From an uncultured Chlamydiae bacterium (GTDB taxonomy: Bacteria; Chlamydiota; Chlamydiia; Chlamydiales; JAJFMA01), in the NCBI GenBank assembly GCA_963713615.1, contig CAVQMM010000001.1, positions 3,424,001-3,488,000 of the forward strand: a DNA stretch of 64,000 nt. The letters run 5' to 3'. The translations under genes and the position numbers were made by a program. Shown here piece after piece: positions 20,187-30,517 of the stretch; the first letter of the stretch is position 1; every line of letters starts with the position of its first letter. Under the pieces are notes generated by a model that saw nothing but the letters and a program-made list of their open reading frames with translations, searched no databases and was not told the DNA's origin.

Positions 20187-21017
20187 ATGAGCTGCTCTAG
20201 TGCAATTCAAAACGTAAATAATTGGTTACCTAGTTTTCCAGGGTTTAAATCCTGTGATAAGCCCGCCGAAAAAGCACACAATAAAACAACATTGTTTGGC
20301 TATGATGTCAAGCAGTTAAGCGATAATCTTGACGCCCTCACCACCACCACGGCGATGACGGAATGCTTTCATAGCACTGTTAAGTTTATGGCTTGCCTTG
20401 CAGGTGCTGTATCACCAGCGCTTATTCTTGATAAACTCGCCATCACGATGATTCAGGTTGACCAATTTATCGACAGCGCACGTTTAATCAGTGATGTAAA
20501 AAAACTCATTAGTCTCAAATATGTCGATGATATCCTCGCTGGGCGTTATCTAAGCGCTGCCAGTGATGTATCCTTTTTGATATCGGACTTTGGTTCCTCA
20601 ATGAGCTTTTTAGGCTACCTTAGGCTTATTGACATAGAAAAAATCGGCGCAGCCGTTGGCAGCATAGGAATATATGGTCACTATGTTCCATCAATTGCCG
20701 TGGATGTATTTGTAGGAACCCTTTCGCTACACGTGCAGACGATTGCATTCATGTTTCTCGGTTTACAGACTGCTTGTGATATAGCCTCCGAGGGTATCAC
20801 AAAAGAAAGAATACTATGGCTTGTGACTTGCATCTTTGAAGTTGTGCACAAAACATTCCTTTTCCTCGCTGGCTCGGCATTGTTAACACCTACTGGTGTT
20901 GTTACAGCGGGTGTCTTGGGCATGATTGCCAACGGTTTTGGTATTTGGTCGGCTTACGAAGATGTCATGATCGAGTCAAAGCCTCCCAAGAGCGCATTAG
21001 TGCCGTTGAAGGTCTAG
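20187..21017 (+). CDS. Hydrophobic Cap1/PEX11-like protein, paralogue 1
   Basis: Cap1 (CT529) syntenic position; shared SD..S..FL..L.LID motif and C-terminal G..G hydrophobic hairpin. Confidence 0.55.
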   Translation: MSCSSAIQNVNNWLPSFPGFKSCDKPAEKAHNKTTLFGYDVKQLSDNLDALTTTTAMTECFHSTVKFMACLAGAVSPALILDKLAITMIQVDQFIDSARLISDVKKLISLKYVDDILAGRYLSAASDVSFLISDFGSSMSFLGYLRLIDIEKIGAAVGSIGIYGHYVPSIAVDVFVGTLSLHVQTIAFMFLGLQTACDIASEGITKERILWLVTCIFEVVHKTFLFLAGSALLTPTGVVTAGVLGMIANGFGIWSAYEDVMIESKPPKSALVPLKV

Positions 21018-21114
21018 GAAAGAATACAAATTTGCCCCCCTTTGCTTGGGGATTGGTTGCTTCGAGGCTCTTAGTTAAGCATCGCTAGGAACTATTAGGA
21101 AGAGGAAGGAGAAC

Positions 21115-22017
21115 ATGTTGAGTTCATTAGCTTTTGTGCCGGCTGCTGCAGGAAAAATTCATGACTGGTGGACGCCACCCAAGCCACCCGAACCGTCATC
21201 GCTTCTTGTCCGCATTCGCCTAGCTATCGTCAGGGCAGTATTTGATATTGTTGACGGGCTGGATCGTATCCGACAAAGCAGCGATGGCTTGGATAAGTCC
21301 CTCAAGCTAATCACCTCCCTTACCACTGGTATGCAGCTAGTGCCGAATGTAAATGTGTCTTATTGGGGTGGGATATCCAAGGAACTTAGAGATATCGATG
21401 GTGTGTTCTCCGCCGTCTCTGTTTTTGGACGCTATAACGAGCTATTCCGCGTCGATAGCAAAGGAAACCGCCTCATCAAGGCTAAAGGCCCTCTTAAAGA
21501 AGCTAGCGTCACTTTTCTAACAATTGCTAAGACCTTTGAATTTGGTAAGCTTCTTCAAACTGTAGGCTTTCTATCTACTAAGGCTCTTGCTAATTTTGAC
21601 TCAAAATATTTAGGCGACGCCGTAGCTTCAATCGGTAATCATTCAGTTGTCGGTCGCATGGCCTTCGACGTTGGTTTAGGAGGTTGTAAGAACTTCTTCC
21701 TAGTTTTTGCTTCCGGCTATGCCATTATCAATTCCGGTATCGAAGTAATTGACTGGAAAGTAGACACCGCTGAAGGTGCCTTCAAAGTTAAACGTGCTGC
21801 TGCCAGCATCGGTGCCGACGCTGGTAAAATCTACCTCGCCGTCGACGCTCTCGTCTCCGCCACATTCGTTGTCAGTCAAACCTGGGTACTCATTGCCTTC
21901 CTCACCGCCGTTTTCTCTCTGACTAAGATCCTGATGGATAGCTATGAAGAAAGCCGCAAGAAGAAAGAGCCCTTCTATCCAGCTTGGATGGATCCCATGC
22001 GAATGGTCAAAGCGTAG
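21115..22017 (+). CDS. Hydrophobic Cap1/PEX11-like protein, paralogue 2
   Basis: IRQSSDGLDKSLKLI resembles Cap1 (TKGMDKTIK, from memory) and PEX11 GRDK motifs. Confidence 0.6.
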   Translation: MLSSLAFVPAAAGKIHDWWTPPKPPEPSSLLVRIRLAIVRAVFDIVDGLDRIRQSSDGLDKSLKLITSLTTGMQLVPNVNVSYWGGISKELRDIDGVFSAVSVFGRYNELFRVDSKGNRLIKAKGPLKEASVTFLTIAKTFEFGKLLQTVGFLSTKALANFDSKYLGDAVASIGNHSVVGRMAFDVGLGGCKNFFLVFASGYAIINSGIEVIDWKVDTAEGAFKVKRAAASIGADAGKIYLAVDALVSATFVVSQTWVLIAFLTAVFSLTKILMDSYEESRKKKEPFYPAWMDPMRMVKA

Positions 22018-22286
22018 GTCGCTAGCCGATCTTGGCTTCTGGGCTCTCATAATTATACCACGCGCTCACAAACGGGTAATGTTGTGTTGCGCCTAACACC
22101 CTTCGGTTGGACTTATTCATACGCCGCGCCCAATATTAGTAGGGGGCGACGAATAAATGCTAATCGTGGGACACTTTCGTGCGGCACAAACTCATTGTGA
22201 CTCCGCGTGGTATAACCATTCCTGAACATTTGTACCTAGTACAATAGAACAGGGATGATAAATACTCATACGGAGGGGTGTGTTCC

Positions 22287-23075
22287 ATGTCATTTGTTGC
22301 AATATCTGTAGCTAGTTCACCTTTAGCTTGGTTTTCGCCAGAAAAGGAAAAGTCACCCCAGACCAAGTCTTGGGCAAAAACGGCATCTGACTCGTTGGAT
22401 ACCTTCACAAGGCTTACATCGGCTGCGGACGGGTTTCAATATATGTCTCGCCTGCTAGCTTGCGTTGCGGATGTCCTATCACCCTGTGTACCGCTGCCTG
22501 CCTTTAAACAGACCTTTAGTGCTGTTGATAACTTTGTCGCCAGTGTACGTATCATCTATGATGCCAAGGTCGCCATTGGACAGAACCTGCTCGATCGAAT
22601 GCGCAGCCAGTATTGGGTTTCATTCGTAGGCTATTACCTAGCCTTCGCCGCCTCTGACGCCGGTGTATCTATCAATTTTTTGAATTCGCTAAATGTCATC
22701 GATGCCCCTGCCATCGCAGCATCGTTAGCATCTACTACAATCTATGGAGCGGCCCCGCTGGCTTTTATGTCACAGATGTGCATAAAGTCTTTTATCTTTC
22801 ATACTGCCTTCCTAGGATACTTTCTGCTAGCTGTAGATGCCTATTGCAAAATCCAAGAGGGCGATACCTCCAGCTTCAATTCCGTTTCCTATGTCAGAGG
22901 ATTGGCCGAAATCGTCAGCCGCACTTTTATTGTTGCTGCAGGGGCCTTCTTGATGACAACTGCCGGTACGTTTATCGCTGCTCTCCTTGCAACTATAGCT
23001 GCTGCAATGGCTGTCATGAATGTCTATGAAAGACTCAAGCTTGAACAGCAGTCTGGCAAGCCCAAAAAAGCCTAG
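22287..23075 (+). CDS. Hydrophobic Cap1/PEX11-like protein, paralogue 3
   Basis: TSAADGFQYMSRL, FAASDAGVSINFLNSLNVID; GGAGG RBS. Confidence 0.55.
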   Translation: MSFVAISVASSPLAWFSPEKEKSPQTKSWAKTASDSLDTFTRLTSAADGFQYMSRLLACVADVLSPCVPLPAFKQTFSAVDNFVASVRIIYDAKVAIGQNLLDRMRSQYWVSFVGYYLAFAASDAGVSINFLNSLNVIDAPAIAASLASTTIYGAAPLAFMSQMCIKSFIFHTAFLGYFLLAVDAYCKIQEGDTSSFNSVSYVRGLAEIVSRTFIVAAGAFLMTTAGTFIAALLATIAAAMAVMNVYERLKLEQQSGKPKKA

Positions 23076-23096
23076 AGGGTTTAAAATTGTGAAATC

Positions 23097-23329
23097 TTTT
23101 TTACCGCCGAGATAGGAGAAAGAAAAAGATTTTTGTTTTTTTGGATTTGTCCATGTCGTCCATGATGTCCATTACTGTCCATATTGTCCACTAGGCCTAT
23201 CCTAGGATGGACTTTAGAATGGACACTATGGACATCATGGACGATATGGACGAATCCAAAACAAAAAACCAAAAATCCTTTCTTCTCTCTCCTATCTCGG
23301 CGTCTCTGTGGTCTCGGTGGTAAAAAAAA
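23097..23329. repeat. Composite palindrome with (T)GGAC/GTCC short-repeat core
   Basis: Arms CCGAGATAGGAGA/TCTCCTATCTCGG shared with 1071-1558; inner gtccat repeats facing atggac repeats. Confidence 0.85.
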
Positions 23330-23545
23330 GCCTCACAATCCTAAACCCTCTTAGACCATTTTCCCCCTTCCTTCCCCTTCCTTCTTCTTCATTCCTCTCC
23401 ATTCGCATTTTTTGCGTGACACACAATTTAAACTTTATTACTAGTATCTGCGATAACCAAGGATTTCATTCGATGAAGATCTCTTTTATGCTTTAATGTT
23501 GTAGTCCTTGGATCGACTCAAAACTTTACAATAGGAGCTCACAAC

Positions 23546-24364
23546 ATGACTACAATGGCGATAATACCTAAAAACTGGTCCTTGAGTCCCTCTGGATGGT
23601 CCCCAAAAATAGGTCACTGGTTTGGCAGCAAGGTTGAGCCGCAACAGCAAGCTTCTTGGTTTGGAAGAAATCTTTGCGCCTTCTCTGCCATGGTATCTAG
23701 CTCCGCTGGCCTTCATACCCTAACTAAGATGGGATTAGCCACCGCACAGATATTTGTCCCCTACCGCTTTATAAGCGGTGAAACACCCTCTCTGGTCCCC
23801 ATCCATAGTTTCTTCAAGGCCGTTGACATCGTTCCCGATATGAACTATTGGCTTGGTGCATGCCCAAAATGCGCTCAGAAGGCTCGTGATTTCCTCACAG
23901 TTTCAGCAAACGCCTTCTATACCGTCAGCGACGCAGCCTGCACCATTAGTTTTGCTAATTTTTTGGGTTTGGTAAACAGCAGCGGTCTTGCATCATCCCT
24001 AGGTGCCTTGTCCCTCTACGGAGTGCAACCCCTTGCCGTTCTCACTAGCGTCTCTCTTGGAACATTTATCCTTAGCACTGCTACAATAGGTTTCTCCATC
24101 TCAACGTTTCAATCCTACCGCGGTCTCGAAGCCGGTAATAAAAAGCTGACCGCATATCTGCCTGTTGTAGCTTCAGCTGCAGAGGTAGCCGTCCGTCTTC
24201 TATTGCTATCAGCTGCAGCCTTCTGCGCTACGGTAACTGGTGTGATCATTGTCGGAACGTTGGGCTTCATCGCTGCGAGTAGCGCAGGGTATGGCATCTA
24301 CCAAGCTAGCCTTGTTAAATGTACACCTGTACCCCCACCACAGGCATTTACAGGAAATAAATAA
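23546..24364 (+). CDS. Hydrophobic Cap1/PEX11-like protein, paralogue 4
   Basis: VSSSAGLHTLTK, FYTVSDAACTISFANFLGLVN, GVIIVGTLGFIAA. Confidence 0.55.
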   Translation: MTTMAIIPKNWSLSPSGWSPKIGHWFGSKVEPQQQASWFGRNLCAFSAMVSSSAGLHTLTKMGLATAQIFVPYRFISGETPSLVPIHSFFKAVDIVPDMNYWLGACPKCAQKARDFLTVSANAFYTVSDAACTISFANFLGLVNSSGLASSLGALSLYGVQPLAVLTSVSLGTFILSTATIGFSISTFQSYRGLEAGNKKLTAYLPVVASAAEVAVRLLLLSAAAFCATVTGVIIVGTLGFIAASSAGYGIYQASLVKCTPVPPPQAFTGNK

Positions 24365-24381
24365 CCCTCTAGAAATATCTT

Positions 24382-24407
24382 AGGGCCATCGATGCAGATG
24401 GCCCTTT
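24382..24407 (+). terminator. Hairpin downstream of the Cap1-like array
   Basis: AGGGCCATC-gatgca-GATGGCCCT-TT. Confidence 0.45.
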
Positions 24408-24419
24408 CCACTACCACTC

Positions 24420-24965
24420 GTGAACATGAATAGTCAGCTGCCTCCCCATGAATGGATTGCCGTAGCTACCATCGCTCTATTGATGGGGTGCTTCGGTGCT
24501 ATCGCCCTCCTCGATGATGAGCCACTAGAATCATCATCCAACAACCATGAAGTGGCCGCCACGCAACGTGTACAGGTTTCTATCTCCGGAGCCGTTCAAG
24601 CCCCCGGAGATTACAACCTCCCCACCGGAGCTACCATGGGCGATCTCTTACGATTGGCACAGCCCCTATCCTCGGCTGACCTGCGCCGCATCAATCCAAA
24701 TGCCCGACTGCGGGATGGTCGTTCCTTGGTCATTCGAGACCGCCCAATGATTACCCTCTCCATCATCGGCGCAGTAGAAAATCCAGGCATCCTGCGTGTC
24801 CCAAAGGGGACCACACTTCATCAACTTCTCAATCAAATCCGCCTGAGCGACAATGCCGACGTCAGCAATTTAAAGGACAGGCGACGACTGCGTGATCATG
24901 ATGTAATCGAAATTCCCTTCGGCCACACGTCTGAAACTCCCGCTAGATCAAGCTCAAAAAAATAA
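24420..24965 (+). CDS. Membrane-anchored tandem SLBB-domain protein (ComEA N-terminal-like, no HhH)
   Basis: Two V.I.GAV..PG...LP.G.T..DLL repeats; ADL..IN...LRDG. Confidence 0.7.
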   Translation: MNMNSQLPPHEWIAVATIALLMGCFGAIALLDDEPLESSSNNHEVAATQRVQVSISGAVQAPGDYNLPTGATMGDLLRLAQPLSSADLRRINPNARLRDGRSLVIRDRPMITLSIIGAVENPGILRVPKGTTLHQLLNQIRLSDNADVSNLKDRRRLRDHDVIEIPFGHTSETPARSSSKK

Positions 24966-25317
24966 ATCCCTGTAACAACTAGATTACTGCCGCCAGCACA
25001 ATAGTATGTTGTTGCTATTCCCTGAAGGCGGTCTAGCCACCACGTTGCATGGAAGGAATGTCGAATTCGCTGTCTAAATAGGGCCTCGGCTGAACATTTG
25101 TCGAAGATTTCTATTGTGAAAAAATAGATCCGTTTGTTAGGCTCTCTGTTTAGCTTTCTACGGATATATTTCATATCCTGAAATGCCCTAAGTGAACTGG
25201 GACTTACACGGAATCGTCAGCTCGCAACAACGAGTTGAGGATGGTCGTCCCTGGTAAATGACCGGTGTGTACAAAAAAAGAAAGCGGTTAACAACTCGCG
25301 TTGTAAGGACTGGAAAT

Positions 25318-26013
25318 ATGGCGCTAAAATTTATGGGCAAGAAGCGGGGAATGATCCAGCTTTTTGATGATACAGGTGCCGCTGTTGTGTGTACCCTCAT
25401 CGAAGCTGAACCCAATGTGATCACCCAAATTAAGACCATCGAAAAAGATGGATATACCGCTGTACAAATGGGCTTTGATCGAGTCAAAGCTAAGGACCCC
25501 CGTCGTCTCGAAGCGCGTGTCCCTAAGCCCCAGCGTGGTTTCTTCACCAAAATAGGCGTTGAACCCAGAAAACATCTTTGTGAATCTCGCCTGGACAAGG
25601 TAGAGGAATTTACCGTAGGACAAGAAATCGGCGTCGACACCTTCGAAAATACCGCTTTTGTCGATGTTACCGGAGTATCCAAAGGTAAGGGCTACCAGGG
25701 CGTAATGAAGAAATATAACTTCCGTGGTGGTCCAGCCTCTCACGGCTCCGGCTTTCACCGCCATGCAGGCTCCACCGGTATGCGCTCCACACCAGGTCGT
25801 TGCCTTCCCGGCGGACCACGTCCTAGCCATATGGGTGCAGAAACTGTTACCGTACAAGGCCTGCAAGTTGTTAAGATCATTAAAGACGAAAACATCATCC
25901 TTGTTAAGGGAGCTGTTCCCGGTGCCAATGGAGACCTCGTCTTCATCAGCGAGGCAGTCAAGCATCAAACGTCCAAGCGTACTAGCGGAGTGAAGCTGTG
26001 GCAACATCAGTAA
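25318..26013 (+). CDS. rplC: 50S ribosomal protein L3
   Basis: GKKRGMIQLF, DGYTAVQ, SKGKGYQG, HGSGFHR. Confidence 0.97.
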   Translation: MALKFMGKKRGMIQLFDDTGAAVVCTLIEAEPNVITQIKTIEKDGYTAVQMGFDRVKAKDPRRLEARVPKPQRGFFTKIGVEPRKHLCESRLDKVEEFTVGQEIGVDTFENTAFVDVTGVSKGKGYQGVMKKYNFRGGPASHGSGFHRHAGSTGMRSTPGRCLPGGPRPSHMGAETVTVQGLQVVKIIKDENIILVKGAVPGANGDLVFISEAVKHQTSKRTSGVKLWQHQ

Positions 26014-26678
26014 AAAAGTTTAGTTTGAACGGCAAAGAAACTGGCAGCGTCGAAATCGCAGATAGCCTAGTCAATGCCGAGGCCAATGGCCAAATGATAA
26101 AAGACTACATCGTAGCTTTGCGTGCCAATGCGCGCCAGTGGTCCGCAAGCACCAAAACTCGTGCCGAAGTTGTGCATACCACAAAAAAACCCTTCGCACA
26201 AAAAGGCACTGGGCAAGGTCGCCAAGGTACTCTTGTTGCTCCTCATCACCGTGGCGGTGGACGAGCTCATGGACCAAGACCTAAATTCGACCAACACATT
26301 CGGTTGAATAAAAAAGAACGTCGCGCCGTCATCCGTGCTCTCCTAGGAGAGAAGATACGCAGCAATAGCCTTACTGTCCTAGATGATACTCACCTCGAAA
26401 AACCCAAGACCAAGGCAATCGCTGGATTTTTACACTCAGCCGGTCTGGAAGGTAGAACACTATTTCTTGGAGAGGGAAACTATCACAAGGATAAAGAAAG
26501 TGGCGTATGCACAAGCGTCACCTGTGATAAACACGACAACTTTATCAAAAGCGTCAATAACCTGCCTAAAGTTGAATTCCTTCTAGCCAAGAACGTCAGC
26601 GGATATGACCTCATGATTGCTAAGGAAATTATCGTTACGGCCGCCGCGCTTCAAGAAATTAACGAGTGGTTGAGTTAA
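25998..26678 (+). CDS. rplD: 50S ribosomal protein L4
   Basis: TKTRAEV, QKGTG, GGG.AHGPRP. Confidence 0.97.
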   Translation: MATSVKKFSLNGKETGSVEIADSLVNAEANGQMIKDYIVALRANARQWSASTKTRAEVVHTTKKPFAQKGTGQGRQGTLVAPHHRGGGRAHGPRPKFDQHIRLNKKERRAVIRALLGEKIRSNSLTVLDDTHLEKPKTKAIAGFLHSAGLEGRTLFLGEGNYHKDKESGVCTSVTCDKHDNFIKSVNNLPKVEFLLAKNVSGYDLMIAKEIIVTAAALQEINEWLS

Positions 26679-26686
26679 GGAAAATC

Positions 26687-27022
26687 ATGACTGCAAAAGA
26701 TCCTTACCAGGTAATTAAGCATCAGCATGTGACCGAAAAGGCCCAGATGCTACACGAACTAAAGAACAGCGAAAGCAACCCCTCGGTGCGTCGTTGCCAA
26801 TCGCCCAAGTACGTATTCGTAGTTGATCCCGATGCAACGAAACAGCAAATAGCTGCTGCCCTTGAGGAAATTTACAAAGACAAAGGCATTCGTGTCGTTA
26901 AGGTTAATACCCTTAACGTTAAATCGAAAGCCCGCCGCGTGCGTGGGCGTCTCGGACGCACTTCAGGCTTCAAAAAAGCCGTCGTGACCCTAGAGATAGG
27001 CGATAGCCTGGATAACGTTTAA
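26687..27022 (+). CDS. rplW: 50S ribosomal protein L23
   Basis: VTEKA, ATKQQI, KKAVVTL. Confidence 0.95.
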   Translation: MTAKDPYQVIKHQHVTEKAQMLHELKNSESNPSVRRCQSPKYVFVVDPDATKQQIAAALEEIYKDKGIRVVKVNTLNVKSKARRVRGRLGRTSGFKKAVVTLEIGDSLDNV

Positions 27023-27039
27023 GAGGAGCCACTAACCGT

Positions 27040-27882
27040 ATGTTGTTAGTCAAGAAATTCAGACCCATGACCCCTGGTACTCGGCAGCTCGTCCTACCAA
27101 CTCATCCAGAGTTGACACGCGTCGGAAATGGTCGGGCTACTGTAAAGCCAGCGAAAGCTCTTTTGGCTACAAAGCGTCGTACCGGCGGACGCAATAACCT
27201 CGGTCGCATCTGTTGCCGTCACCGCGGTGGTGGCCATAAAAGACGCTATCGTATTGTCGACTTCAAACGCGACAAGGTTGATGTTCCCGCCAAGGTCGCC
27301 TCAATCGAATATGATCCTAACCGTTCCGCCTATTTGGCCTTGCTGCACTATGCTGATGGCGAAAAACGTTACATCATCGCCGCAGAGGGTCTCAAAGTCG
27401 GCGATACCGTGAAGACTAGCGATGAACCTCCCTTTAGCGTTGGTTCCTGCATGAAGTTAAAGTTTATGCCACTGGGCTCTACAATACACAACCTCGAAGT
27501 ACAGCCTGGCCGCGGCGCTAAACTCGTACGGTCCGCAGGGCTCTCAGCACAGCTCATGGCCCGTAGTGGTGGTTATGCAACCATTAAATTGCCTTCTGGT
27601 GAGATGCGTCTCATCAATGAAAATTGCCGCGCCTCCTTTGGACAGGTCTCCAACCACGCTCATATTTTGCGTGTCGAGAGCAAGGCCGGACGCGTTCGCT
27701 GGATGGGTATTCGTCCAACAGTTCGTGGTGCCGCCATGAACCCCGTTGACCACCCACACGGTGGTGGTGAGGGGCGTACCAGAGGTAATATCCCTCAGAC
27801 GCCTTGGGCACAGTATACCAAGGGCATGCGCACCAGAAAGAAACCGAATAAGTACCTCGTGAAAGATCGAAGGAAGAAATAA
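27040..27882 (+). CDS. rplB: 50S ribosomal protein L2
   Basis: [21 protein letters not shown]. Confidence 0.98.
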   Translation: MLLVKKFRPMTPGTRQLVLPTHPELTRVGNGRATVKPAKALLATKRRTGGRNNLGRICCRHRGGGHKRRYRIVDFKRDKVDVPAKVASIEYDPNRSAYLALLHYADGEKRYIIAAEGLKVGDTVKTSDEPPFSVGSCMKLKFMPLGSTIHNLEVQPGRGAKLVRSAGLSAQLMARSGGYATIKLPSGEMRLINENCRASFGQVSNHAHILRVESKAGRVRWMGIRPTVRGAAMNPVDHPHGGGEGRTRGNIPQTPWAQYTKGMRTRKKPNKYLVKDRRKK

Positions 27883-27884
27883 TT

Positions 27885-28148
27885 ATGGGTAGATCGCTTA
27901 AGAAAGGTCCCTTTGTTGACCATCACCTACTCAAGAAGGTCGAAAACCAAAATAAGGATGGAGCCAAAAAGGCCATCAAAACATGGTCCAGACGGTCCAT
28001 GATTATTCCTGATATGGTCGGGCACACCTTCGACGTTCATAACGGTCGTAAGTTCATTAGCGTGTTCGTCTCCGAAAATATGGTAGGACACCGTCTTGGC
28101 GAGTTTTCGCCAACGCGAGTCTTTAAGGGACACCCCGTTAAAAAGTAA
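27885..28148 (+). CDS. rpsS: 30S ribosomal protein S19
   Basis: [19 protein letters not shown]. Confidence 0.98.
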   Translation: MGRSLKKGPFVDHHLLKKVENQNKDGAKKAIKTWSRRSMIIPDMVGHTFDVHNGRKFISVFVSENMVGHRLGEFSPTRVFKGHPVKK

Positions 28149-28159
28149 AGGATCAAATA

Positions 28160-28495
28160 ATGGATAGAGCCAAAGCCATCACCAAATTCGTCAGAGTATG
28201 CCCTCGCAAGGCTCGCCTGGCTGCAGGACTTATCCGCGGTCGCAGCGTGGCTGATGCTTCTCTGCAGTTGACATATGGCAACAGCCGGGGAGCTCGCCTC
28301 CTCAAGAAAACGCTCGATAGCGCTGTCGCCAATGCTGAATCCACCTACGATATGCGACGCGAACAACTGCAAGTGGTAGAAGTACGTATTGATGAAGGCC
28401 CTCGCCTCAAAAGGATTAAGCCTAAAAATCGTGGTGGCAGGCATCCTATTCAAAAGAAAACCAGTCACCTCACCGTCGTTGTCGGTGTGGAATAA
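28160..28495 (+). CDS. rplV: 50S ribosomal protein L22
   Basis: PRKARL, SAVANAE, DEGPRLKR. Confidence 0.97.
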   Translation: MDRAKAITKFVRVCPRKARLAAGLIRGRSVADASLQLTYGNSRGARLLKKTLDSAVANAESTYDMRREQLQVVEVRIDEGPRLKRIKPKNRGGRHPIQKKTSHLTVVVGVE

Positions 28496-28506
28496 GGAGT
28501 ATACGC

Positions 28507-29151
28507 ATGGGACAGAAGGTAAATCCAATTGGGCTGCGACTCCAGATTAATAAGAACTGGCGCTCTAAATGGTTTGCAAATAAGCAAGAATTTGGTAAGC
28601 TTCTCATCGAGGATCATCTGATCCGTAACTTTCTTACCAAAAAAACGAATTTGCAGGGCACCAGTAAGATTAAAATTCGCCGTATGGCTGACAAAGTAGA
28701 AGTCACCATCTGCACCGCCCGCCCAGGACTCGTTATTGGTAAAAAGGGCGCTGAGATTGATGTTCTAAAAAAACAACTCTTCGAGCTAACCGGTAAAAAT
28801 GTCTGGATCGAAGTTGAAGAAATTAAACGCCCTGATCTCGATGCTCAACTCGTTGCAGATGGCATCGCTAGACAGCTTGAACGCCGCATTCCTTTCCGAC
28901 GTGCTATGAAGAAAGCCATGCAAGCCTCCAGAGAGGCTGGCGCCGCAGGGATTAAGGTTCAGTGCTCCGGACGTCTCGGCGGTGCTGAGATCGCCCGCAC
29001 CGAGTGGTACATCGATGGCAGTATGCCTCTACATACCCTCAGAAACGACATCGACTTCGCTAACGGTCGCGCTGAAACCACCTATGGCAGCATCGGCGTT
29101 AAGGTCTGGATCAACCGCGGCGAAGACTCACTAGTCCGTAAGGAGGCCTAA
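28507..29151 (+). CDS. rpsC: 30S ribosomal protein S3
   Basis: [28 protein letters not shown]. Confidence 0.98.
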   Translation: MGQKVNPIGLRLQINKNWRSKWFANKQEFGKLLIEDHLIRNFLTKKTNLQGTSKIKIRRMADKVEVTICTARPGLVIGKKGAEIDVLKKQLFELTGKNVWIEVEEIKRPDLDAQLVADGIARQLERRIPFRRAMKKAMQASREAGAAGIKVQCSGRLGGAEIARTEWYIDGSMPLHTLRNDIDFANGRAETTYGSIGVKVWINRGEDSLVRKEA

Positions 29152-29155
29152 TATT

Positions 29156-29575
29156 ATGACGCTGTTGCCCAAAAAGACTAAGTTCCGCAAAAGACAAAAG
29201 GGCTCTGTGTCCGGTTATAGCAAGGGTGGTAACTTCATCCATTTCGGTGAGTTCGGCATTCAAGCCCTCGACCGCGGATGGATCACCGCCGCGCAAATCG
29301 AAGCCTGCCGCGTAGCCATCAATCGATTCTTTCAGCGCCGTGGTAAAGTATGGATTCGTATCTTCCCCGATAAATCCATCTCTAAAAAACCCGCTGAAGT
29401 TCGTATGGGTAAAGGTAAAGGCGCTGTTGACCACTGGGTGGCCTCCATTCGCCCAGGTCGCGTACTCTTCGAAGTAGGTAACGTCCCTCGTGAACTCGCC
29501 CAAGACGCCCTACGCCGCGCCGCCGCTAAACTCGGCATGAAGACGCGCTTTGTCGAACGTGTAGAACAGGTATAG
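29156..29575 (+). CDS. rplP: 50S ribosomal protein L16
   Basis: [16 protein letters not shown]. Confidence 0.98.
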   Translation: MTLLPKKTKFRKRQKGSVSGYSKGGNFIHFGEFGIQALDRGWITAAQIEACRVAINRFFQRRGKVWIRIFPDKSISKKPAEVRMGKGKGAVDHWVASIRPGRVLFEVGNVPRELAQDALRRAAAKLGMKTRFVERVEQV

Positions 29576-29582
29576 GTACACA

Positions 29583-29789
29583 ATGTTAAAGGCTAAAGAT
29601 CTAATAGACAAGAGTATTGATGAGCTGGAGGCCACCTATCAAGACCTCCGACATGAGCTTTTCAAACTTGTCAATGAATATAAAACGAGCAAGAAGCTGG
29701 ATCAGCCACATCGCTTGAGGGAAAAGCGCCGCGAAAAAGCACGCATCCTCACTGTGCTCCAACAGAAACGCCAGCAACAAAACGCTTAG
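29583..29789 (+). CDS. rpmC: 50S ribosomal protein L29
   Basis: Position; ELFKL, ARILTVL. Confidence 0.92.
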   Translation: MLKAKDLIDKSIDELEATYQDLRHELFKLVNEYKTSKKLDQPHRLREKRREKARILTVLQQKRQQQNA

Positions 29790-29805
29790 GTAAATTGAGG
29801 CAGTA

Positions 29806-30066
29806 ATGGAAAGTAGTGTACGCGGTAAGCGCAGACAGCAAAAAGGCACTGTAGTGTCCAACAAGATGCAGAAGACCGTGGTTGTCAAGGTTGAACATAC
29901 CTTACGCCACCCAAAATACCAGAAGGTAATCACTCGGGCGAAGAAATTCTACGCTCATTGTGAAGAAGCCGACATCAACATCGGTGATACAGTGACGATC
30001 GTAGAAACTCGTCCTCTGTCCAAACTGAAACGCTGGCGCGTTACTGAAGTGGCCCGGCGGAATTAG
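29806..30066 (+). CDS. rpsQ: 30S ribosomal protein S17
   Basis: [19 protein letters not shown]. Confidence 0.97.
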   Translation: MESSVRGKRRQQKGTVVSNKMQKTVVVKVEHTLRHPKYQKVITRAKKFYAHCEEADINIGDTVTIVETRPLSKLKRWRVTEVARRN

Positions 30067-30135
30067 ATGTAGTTGTCCTGAGTGACCCTGGTGACAAGAA
30101 TTAGATAAGAGCCGCAGTGCGGGAGATTTGCAACA

Positions 30136-30504
30136 ATGTTACAGCAAGAAACAAAACTTAAAGTGGCCGACAATTCCGGCGCTAAGAGAGTCAAGTGCTT
30201 CAAAGTCCTTGGCGGTTCCAGAAGACGTTACGCCCAAGTTGGTGACATCATCATCTGTTCCGTCCGCGATGCCGACCCACAAGGCGCTACCAAGAAAGGC
30301 GAGGTCGTCCGCGCTGTTGTTGTACGCACCAAACGCTATATTAAACGAAAAGACGGTTCCAAGCTGCGCTTCGATAGCAACAGCTGCGTCTTGATTGACG
30401 AAAAGGGCAACCCAAAGGGAACGCGTATCTTCGGGCCTATCGCTCGTGAAGTACGTGACCGCGGATTCCTCAAAATCAGTTCCCTAGCGCCCGAAGTTAT
30501 CTAG
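30136..30504 (+). CDS. rplN: 50S ribosomal protein L14
   Basis: [21 protein letters not shown]. Confidence 0.98.
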   Translation: MLQQETKLKVADNSGAKRVKCFKVLGGSRRRYAQVGDIIICSVRDADPQGATKKGEVVRAVVVRTKRYIKRKDGSKLRFDSNSCVLIDEKGNPKGTRIFGPIAREVRDRGFLKISSLAPEVI

Positions 30505-30517
30505 TTGAGAGAGTGAA

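Noticed and set aside
22050..22160. GTAG-type REP between Cap1-like paralogues 2 and 3
   Set aside because: Single, poorly paired sequence with no second copy seen in the window
23140..23260. CRISPR or coding repeat
   Set aside because: ~9-nt degenerate units in inverted arrangement with no spacers; the overlapping short ORFs are repeat artefacts
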